The notes beneath the pieces are model-generated. The model did no database searches. It saw only the letters and a list, made by a program, of their open reading frames with translations, and had not been told where the DNA came from. Positions 58,201 to 64,000 of a DNA stretch of 64,000 nucleotides are shown here, piece by piece. The translations under genes and the position numbers were made by a program. The DNA comes from Monocercomonoides exilis PA203 (Eukaryota > Protista > Preaxostyla). Within the stretch, counting starts at the first letter, position 1; each line of letters opens with the position of its first letter. The DNA lies in the NCBI GenBank assembly GCA_001643675.2, contig LSRY02000021.1, positions 1,343,047 through 1,407,046 of the forward strand. The letters are read 5' to 3'.

Positions 58201-61200
58201 TCAAACCTAATAATCGATCTTCCGAGCAGATGTGAGTTCCACAAATCATTCATCCGCTCTGTGTATTCGGTGTCTTTCTCTCTTTGCAGGTTCATTCCAT
58301 CTGACACCTTGTCTCCTTCTTCTTCTTCCTTGTGTGTGCTTGACATTGCGGAAGGGGATGTCTCCCTGGAGCACTGTGCACTTGCGACTTTGTCTCTGGC
58401 AAATCCTTTTCTGCGACTGTCAGCCAATTTCCATTCAGCGCACATGCACAACACATCGTTCATCAATTCGTCTGTTTCTTCTGACAGTTTCATATCAGTT
58501 TTCCCCACTGGACTCCATTCAAATCAGTTGGCTTTAGGAGATTCACCCGATTTGCCAGTGGATTGCCCATCAATGAACATGACATCTGTCACAGTCGAGA
58601 ATGTGTCGAGAACTGAGGAAGGATCAGTGTTTTTGGGTGTGGATGAGTTTGCTGGATTGAAGTGTGGAATGGAGAACTGCACGTTCTGGAACTGCCTCAG
58701 CCGGCAAAGCAACAGAGGAGGAGGGCTGATGATGCACATGAAGAATGAGGAGTCGAGCCTGGGAGTGAAAAACTGCACATTTGTGTTGTGTGCTTGTTCT
58801 GAGAGCACAGGGAGAGGAGGCGGGATGATGCTGGACTTTTGCGATCCAGATGCTCCCTTTCAAACCCCTTCCAAACCGCTCCTTCTTCACATTGCGGGTG
58901 TTCAATTCATGATGAACAGTGCATTCATGGGGAAGGATGTGTTTATCAACTGCCATTCGATCGGTGAGCAGATCAACGAAACACTTTTCGCTCTTGACTT
59001 TTCGCAGCCCTCGCTGCGCATGAACACATCGATCTGTGGGAGCGACTCAGCACATTCAGACATCGATCTCATCCCGCTGATCACATTTCTGTACACGCCG
59101 CAGGTGTTTGTGTCGATGGAGTCTGAAGACAGCAACCAGTGTGGGAAGCAGGACAATCCTTGTCGAAGCGTGTCACACGGAGTGAGGCATGTGCAGGCTG
59201 GGCTGTTCAATGCGATATGTGTTGACTCATCGAGTGTGGTGGCTGAGCCGACAGTCGTCAGCGATCTCACGCTGAAGTCGATCACCAAACACCAATCAGC
59301 AATTCATTTCAATTCATCGATTGAAGAGGAGTCTGAGGGATCGTGGATCATGTTGTTTGAAAACGAGTGTTTGGTCGAAGACTGCTTGTTTTCGTTTGAC
59401 GAGCATTTCTCAGCAGAGCACACAGCGATTATGAAGCAATTGAATGGATCGTTGGCATTTTCAGGCTGCACTCTGCAGTCATCATCTGTTGAGTCTACTC
59501 TCAATTCGAGTGTTATTGTGGTTGAAGGAGGAGTGTTTGAGATGGAGAAGAGCTCGATATGTGTGATGGGCACAGCTCAGCCATTGTTCCTCTTCAAGGG
59601 TGGGTCAGCTGCCACTCTGAACCAGATCGAGATATCCACAATAAAAACAACTGCAACTGCAATGATTGTTGAGTCGAGTGCATCAGTGAACATCATGCAG
59701 CTGGCTGCATCTGACATTCGGCTGTGTGGGGAAAACTTTATTTCTCTGGCAAAGGGGAAGAATCAGCATGTGAATGAGAAAGATGCTGGAGAAAGGGTTG
59801 TTCTGCAGATGGGCATATCATCGTTCTCAAACATCACCAGCAGCAGCAGCAATTCCCATGTGGTTGAGTCGGCGTGTGAAAAAACAAGAAGCCAATTGTT
59901 GAATTGTTCGTTTGAAAGATGCTTCACACCTTCAGAGAAAGGGAGCTTGGTGGAAATATCATCTGGGGCATCTCTGTCTCTGCAGTCATGCGAACTGATT
60001 GGATGTGAGGATGAGCATCAGAGCGAAAAGAATGGAGCAGATGAGGATGTGTGCAAATGGACTGGATCGGTTGTTGATGTGTGTGAAGGGTTGCTGGAGA
60101 TGAAGGACACATCGATCACAAACTCTTCAAAAGGCGGGCTGTCGATCAGTGGTGGAAGTGCTGTTATCGAAAGCTGCTTGTTTGAGAATAACAGCAAAAG
60201 CATCGAAAGATACAAGTCTGCAAGAAGAAACGTATTCTGCACAGGCAGCGGAACACTCAATGTTGTTGATTTGAAAGGAGGAGATGGATGGGAAAGAAAT
60301 ACTTCACTTTGGATTTTGAATGAAGGATGCAAGCTGTTGGGGATTGCTGCTGAAAGATCATCCGAGTTCTTCATTCCAACGCTGAAGTCAGTTGAAACAA
60401 CTCAAAAAGAAGATACTGTTGAACTGACTTTCAGAGGGACGCTTCTTCTGCCATGCAATCTGGGATTCCAGATTGTGTCAAAAATAAACAATGTCAGCTC
60501 AATCGAGACTCACGCTTTTGCGGAAGATGAGTTTGTTTCTGAGGAAGAAGTCCAGGGCAAGATAGGTTCGTCTTTGGTAAGCCCTGCTCCAACAGAAGCA
60601 GAAGTGGCTGTGTGCATATTGTTTGGAAATGTTTCTAATCCATCTTCCACAGAATCTTTTGTTCTGAAGAACAAAAGTGAATCTGAACCAAAAGGAGATG
60701 AAAAGATTGTTGAAGGAGGAAAGAAAGAAAAATCTATATGGCCGATTATTGTTATTGTGCTTGTGGTTATATTGTTGATTGTTCTTATCATTGCAGTTGC
60801 ATTTATTGTTCGATGGAGAAAGGTCAAGAATGAAGCGAAAGATCTGAGGGAGATTGTGAATGATACAGTGAGAAAAGATCCGAAATTGATTGAGATGGTG
60901 ACAATGGAGATGTCGCCTGAAGAGCAGTGGAGGAGAGCTGAGAGAGAGGCAGAGAAGAAGAATGAAGAAAGGATAAAAAAGAGGGTGTATGAAAAAAGCT
61001 TGGGACACTCGGAGTCATCAGAGCACCTTCTTTCTGAGAGTGGATCAACTGAATATATTTTGGGAAGGGATTCAGACAAGATTCCTCAATGGATGTTGGA
61101 AAAGGTGGATGAGAAAGAAGAGGAGGAGGAAGAGACCAGAAAGCGAACACCATCACCATCCATTTCATCCACTTCAACCACAGACACTTCAGACACTGAA

Positions 61201-63529
61201 TCCACTTTTGTTCGGGGAGAGGATCTGTGCCCCACCACCTCGTCGATGTCGAATCTGGTGGATGCAATGGCCTGTTCATCGCCTCACGAAAAGCTGATTG
61301 TGGATCTGAGGGATTCGATGTTCATGCTGCTTCACGGGAGGAACAAGACAAAGGAGATGGCAATTGGAACTCTGCAGGAAAGAGAGCAAACAGCTGCTCA
61401 GATCCTGTTCTGGGTGGCAAATCTTGCGCTCCACTCCTTCGACGAAATGAACAACCCGCTCCAATCGTTGGCCAATCTGAGTCCGCACATTGTGCTGTTC
61501 TCGGAACACATGGTCATCTGCATTGCGCTCCACTCCGACTGCTCCTCAGATGATTCTGACTCTTCGTCCATCTCATCAACCACAACTATTGCCACCTCTT
61601 CCTCTGATTGCTCGTGTGCGAATGGGAACGGCAGAGGATCGCCTCCGCCCTCATCGGCGTTTGAGGATGAAGATGATTTCAGGAAGGAGTGCATGCGGTG
61701 GAAGGCGCCGGAGCTGCTGAGCGGCGCAAAGGGGCACGCAACAAAGAAGACGGTGGTGTTTTCGATCGGGATGATGGTGTGGGAGTGCCTGACGCTGCAG
61801 ATCCCGTTTGGGGAATACGAAGCAGAAGCTGCCGGGCAGAAGATTGCGAACGGGGAGAGGCCAACACTGTGCAGCTGCGAGGGCATTTCGCTCGGCCAGA
61901 CAGCATGCGCCGCAATGTCGCAGCAGCCCCACAGCAGGCCCACGCTCCAGGAGCTCAAGAAAGCGTTCATCGCGCTGTTTCCGCCTGCCTCTGCCATGCT
62001 CACAGCCTCTGACGCAATCGACCTCGTCGATGCCACAGGCATCCCCCCTCCCTCCGCTTTGCCTGCTTCCGCTGTCTCAGAGACGCTCACCTCGTTTTGA
62101 CTGGCTCCCTCCAGCATTTGAGCCTGTGTGTCTGTGTGCCTGTGCACCACCCACCATCTGGCTTGCATCGCGCAATGAAGAAAAAAGGGGAGAAAGAAAA
62201 AAAAGAAAGAAATATCAATGACAATTGCTTTTGCAGCATTCTCAGTGATGCGAGTTTTTGGTGTTTGTGTTGCGTTTCCAAGCCAGCAGCATTGCCACTT
62301 CGCTTCTGCGCACCTCCATCCAAGCAATGTGTGATCTCACAATCACCGTGCCTTTTCGTATGTTTTGTAATCTTGTTTTGCTGGCCAGACTTTCGTTTTT
62401 GATCGGGTGCAGCTGCGCAGATGCTGCAAAAATATTTATTATTTTATTTTATTTTATTTTTTTATTCATGGCAATCAACAAATACGCAGAATTCTTTCCA
62501 TTTCTCTCCTTTCTTTTCTTTTCTTTTCACCAGTTCTTTGACAGAAGCTTCGATCCATTTCAAGGCTGTTGTGAAAATAATAAATAGCTTTAATGTGCAT
62601 GTGCCTTCAAAGACCCGAAGAAATGGAATCTGTTCCAAAATCTCGATTCAAAGAGCAATATGCTTCCAGCTCCAACAAGCGCATCTCGCTTGATGGCAGC
62701 GTTCTCATCACAGAAGCATTCTTTCACCCACCCCCACCCCTGAATCCTTCGCCTCTCCAGACAGCAATAAAATCAGAAACCCAGACGATGCCTATCTGCT
62801 CTTGTTTGTGCTCCAACTCGGAAAACGGGCGCTTTGGAGAGTGCACACGCTTTCCTTATTTTGTGCATGCCAAATGCGAGGACAATCTGTTTTGATTTAT
62901 CGACAAAGATGTTGCAAGGACACAAATGCCTGCTGATCACAATAACAAAAAGTGATAATCTGTCCAGAAGATGCACATGTGTCGAGTGAAAAAGAATATC
63001 GTCAGCATATTTTCTTTTTGTCTTTTCACAACAAGAATGCTTTCATTTGCCCATTTTTAGTCCCAGCAATGGGCCTATTTTCATGTCTTGTTTTTCAGAT
63101 AGCGGGGGGTTTCCATATTTCAATTGTTTAAAAAAGAAAAGAAAAGAAATGAAATGAAATCACAAAGCAAAAGGAAAAAACAAACTCTGGAAAGTGAATA
63201 ATTACCATTTTTATTTTTATGTTTTGGGGGAGGAAAATCATGAGATTTTTTTAAAAACCGAATATTCAAAGCATTTTCCCGGTTTGAAGATATCGCAGCT
63301 TCTCGTATTCCATGCTACCAATAAAGACATCACCCTAATTGCTCTTTACGAGGCACTTCTGAATGAATGATGAACATCAACTCTTCTATCGCACCAAATT
63401 GGTCTTTTCTGAATTCTTTATAAAAAATTAATGGAATAACGGTTCGTGATTGATTCAAATTATTTATCAGTCAAACAGATGGTTCCTTCTCTAATTTCAA
63501 AAATTACTCCAAAAGATTTTTTAAAAAAT
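52225..63529 (-). repeat. Right copy of the inverted segmental duplication
   Basis: Reverse complement of the 5060-22040 unit. Lacks the 6.3-kb insertion and has a different ~770-bp segment at ~52750-53520. Confidence 0.92.
54256..62100 (+). CDS. Paralogous surface receptor-like pseudokinase (2614 aa)
   Basis: Near-identical to 6490-14343 except for the signal peptide, residues ~235-575, the TM/juxtamembrane patch, a Ser tract and a few scattered substitutions. Confidence 0.9.
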   Translation: MNLLILWCLAFYLLVSGNNIDGIEFCCCSTTILSSDNQGLSFEQTSKEKSMQGEAENDHSFFVVQNSTINLSTLSYFMNMEKYFASVDSHSRLDICCCSFSVHPQSKNLLGCSAGRICLSNISINFVVHDRQLSSLIAHRSKEVLHHCGELCLSSSRISSFEVHGNEPFLSSSCLSSISVSDSLFENITLPKSMKKCDNGNGCSDRVLVERTEMIGCESPYSGGILSPAMISFRCGNSSFLKCFTTFNKRQIFTEGENVFNDGTFNVQSDEMGGALHAEGNASIILHRCSFLECSSKIGCGAVSMENSNGIFVSENCYVCKCSSPKETGGHRLYNVDSGAVNSTKFFNCSSFGKTCFYFLACEKNPCIVVSCVFDNASSDEYSSVTHFWHVSTFILISNCSMQNCKSGNYAPCILFAFVEEFNKPSINIKHCLFHNNTAKNNAYGHDIHMCNYQQWTKIDKNNITDCYSSSASPRITRCKNGDYTCTDISDLSSWMTNNENNYQITADYSVGIDHEQCGFAPFCRSIKYSLKRTTRNSNKTLILRQSVFKEEQISISSNEFSVCGISKHECIVQSASSLESVFQISSGTFCVQKVTMLQGNAESGTSKPFVVMDGDGSLTMEECEISSVDSKLLLEVSFMQIFGGNVELSGVGISDMNFISDSLISFNVNWSGSVLHVVNTNITSIQRESGSGGIIERNDASSGSVVVENCHFENVSAGKDGGGLGMRGEWKGELIVNGTTMFEGCCAGSLEEKGRGGGLFINVDSTESDFTIYESVIFSEENPNRAFHGSDVFVQCGSGLLLEEIIDQASFGFFKDGNCMNNEEKLCGCEDGTSLPVIPLCVYLCDFESPISVDERSGADHSHCGYSVFCCSTIDFCVRERVNELVNAMEVISSASIKNPFVVPLFQTSQISISSSSASSSSSQYPLVNVGLTDNISTDCHNVIQCSGSFSLSFLSFALPRVLPSSISSIIQSSIFLSLSNISIVFSADTLASSVAFSLIHVSGGELELTGLVVSEDITFAALPPINVNGESRVAVEGCTLTEMANEGGSGGCVKVETSGGGTISIKNTNISSKCKNEEGLRGGGMMILIGSGGSLEMKNVNLSECEVPSVDIEDGGKGMGGGMFVALPEEIEKFVMEGMTFEGCNAWKGKNLFVSGWDLREVVNKDHLKWEMSSEELESLDELCGWEGMTTGEEYEIPLVVYLWSNWSGKGFVSKEKGGGFSGCGYSEAPCSSIDHMIKMRFSPVGLEKSIIKVEGSASLKHSVSLLPSKPSDENRPLISVEGGDEAVHLFVSGDGDSSDDGSLISNSVNASFSNLIIDLPSRCEFHKSFIRSVYSVSFSLCRFIPSDTLSPSSSSLCVLDIAEGDVSLEHCALATLSLANPFLRLSANFHSAHMHNTSFINSSVSSDSFISVFPTGLHSNQLALGDSPDLPVDCPSMNMTSVTVENVSRTEEGSVFLGVDEFAGLKCGMENCTFWNCLSRQSNRGGGLMMHMKNEESSLGVKNCTFVLCACSESTGRGGGMMLDFCDPDAPFQTPSKPLLLHIAGVQFMMNSAFMGKDVFINCHSIGEQINETLFALDFSQPSLRMNTSICGSDSAHSDIDLIPLITFLYTPQVFVSMESEDSNQCGKQDNPCRSVSHGVRHVQAGLFNAICVDSSSVVAEPTVVSDLTLKSITKHQSAIHFNSSIEEESEGSWIMLFENECLVEDCLFSFDEHFSAEHTAIMKQLNGSLAFSGCTLQSSSVESTLNSSVIVVEGGVFEMEKSSICVMGTAQPLFLFKGGSAATLNQIEISTIKTTATAMIVESSASVNIMQLAASDIRLCGENFISLAKGKNQHVNEKDAGERVVLQMGISSFSNITSSSSNSHVVESACEKTRSQLLNCSFERCFTPSEKGSLVEISSGASLSLQSCELIGCEDEHQSEKNGADEDVCKWTGSVVDVCEGLLEMKDTSITNSSKGGLSISGGSAVIESCLFENNSKSIERYKSARRNVFCTGSGTLNVVDLKGGDGWERNTSLWILNEGCKLLGIAAERSSEFFIPTLKSVETTQKEDTVELTFRGTLLLPCNLGFQIVSKINNVSSIETHAFAEDEFVSEEEVQGKIGSSLVSPAPTEAEVAVCILFGNVSNPSSTESFVLKNKSESEPKGDEKIVEGGKKEKSIWPIIVIVLVVILLIVLIIAVAFIVRWRKVKNEAKDLREIVNDTVRKDPKLIEMVTMEMSPEEQWRRAEREAEKKNEERIKKRVYEKSLGHSESSEHLLSESGSTEYILGRDSDKIPQWMLEKVDEKEEEEEETRKRTPSPSISSTSTTDTSDTESTFVRGEDLCPTTSSMSNLVDAMACSSPHEKLIVDLRDSMFMLLHGRNKTKEMAIGTLQEREQTAAQILFWVANLALHSFDEMNNPLQSLANLSPHIVLFSEHMVICIALHSDCSSDDSDSSSISSTTTIATSSSDCSCANGNGRGSPPPSSAFEDEDDFRKECMRWKAPELLSGAKGHATKKTVVFSIGMMVWECLTLQIPFGEYEAEAAGQKIANGERPTLCSCEGISLGQTACAAMSQQPHSRPTLQELKKAFIALFPPASAMLTASDAIDLVDATGIPPPSALPASAVSETLTSF

Positions 63530-63850
63530 TTCAAAGTTTAATTCAAACTAATTATTAAAATTTACAAAAGGGAAATGTTTTGTTCGTTATCGAATTACTT
63601 GAATTTTTGTAGAAATTTTTTCTATTCAATTTAAAGTGGATTATATATTGGTGATTATTTTTGAAATCACATTTTTTTCGGGATGTTAATTTTTCAAAGT
63701 TTTTTGTCATTGGGAAGTGGTTTTATTTTGAAATAGTTAATTCATCTCTTCTGTTTCAAAAACAAATATCTTGCTTGAATAAGCATGTGGATGTCTCTGA
63801 TAAGCCTTATCATTTTTCAGTGTTCATTTGTTAATATTCAAGTGTCAAAA

Positions 63851-63970
63851 TTTTTTTGAAAAGTTTCTTTTGTTTAATTTTCAAATAAAATAAAAATTTC
63901 ATATTTCGATCAAATTTCTGTTCCAACGAACGAAACCTTTCAAAAATGGAAATAATAACATTGTTAAGAT
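63851..63970 (+). repeat. Diverged direct repeat of ~851-965
   Basis: Shared CTTTTGTTTAATT.TCAAAT.AAATAAAAATTTCAT...CAAATTTCTGTT...AAAATGGAAA...TAACATTGTTA. Confidence 0.65.
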
Positions 63971-64000
63971 TATATTTCCATTCTAGAAAAGTTTCGTTCG

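Overview
Eukaryotic, AT-rich DNA with short GT-AG introns and the standard genetic code. The gene families point to an oxymonad such as Monocercomonoides (inference, not a database result). A central island of ordinary genes (39.0-51.9 kb) encodes a DEAD-box-like pseudo-helicase, an importin-alpha-like protein and a GRAM-VASt-TM lipid-transfer protein. It is flanked by an ~11 kb inverted segmental duplication carrying two ~2,600-aa surface receptor-like genes (beta-helix-like ectodomain, TM, kinase C-lobe-only tail) that differ mainly in discrete hypervariable patches. Between them is a three-level transposon nest that resolves to the base. A TA-flanked foldback/MITE (22171-38830) is interrupted by a DIRS tyrosine-recombinase retrotransposon with ITRs and an ICR (22871-38545). 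The DIRS is in turn interrupted by a 10.6-kb Merlin/IS1595-type DNA transposon (26255-36866, 8-bp TSD CTCATAGA) whose ~3.97-kb terminal inverted repeats consist largely of a captured surface-receptor gene. Two further TIR elements (hAT-like 1541-4591 with an 8-bp TSD; 15485-21786 with a 3-bp TSD) also carry host gene fragments, including pieces of related surface-protein genes. The main candidate new system is transposon-mediated capture, duplication and shuffling of this receptor repertoire, best shown by the giant-TIR Merlin element.
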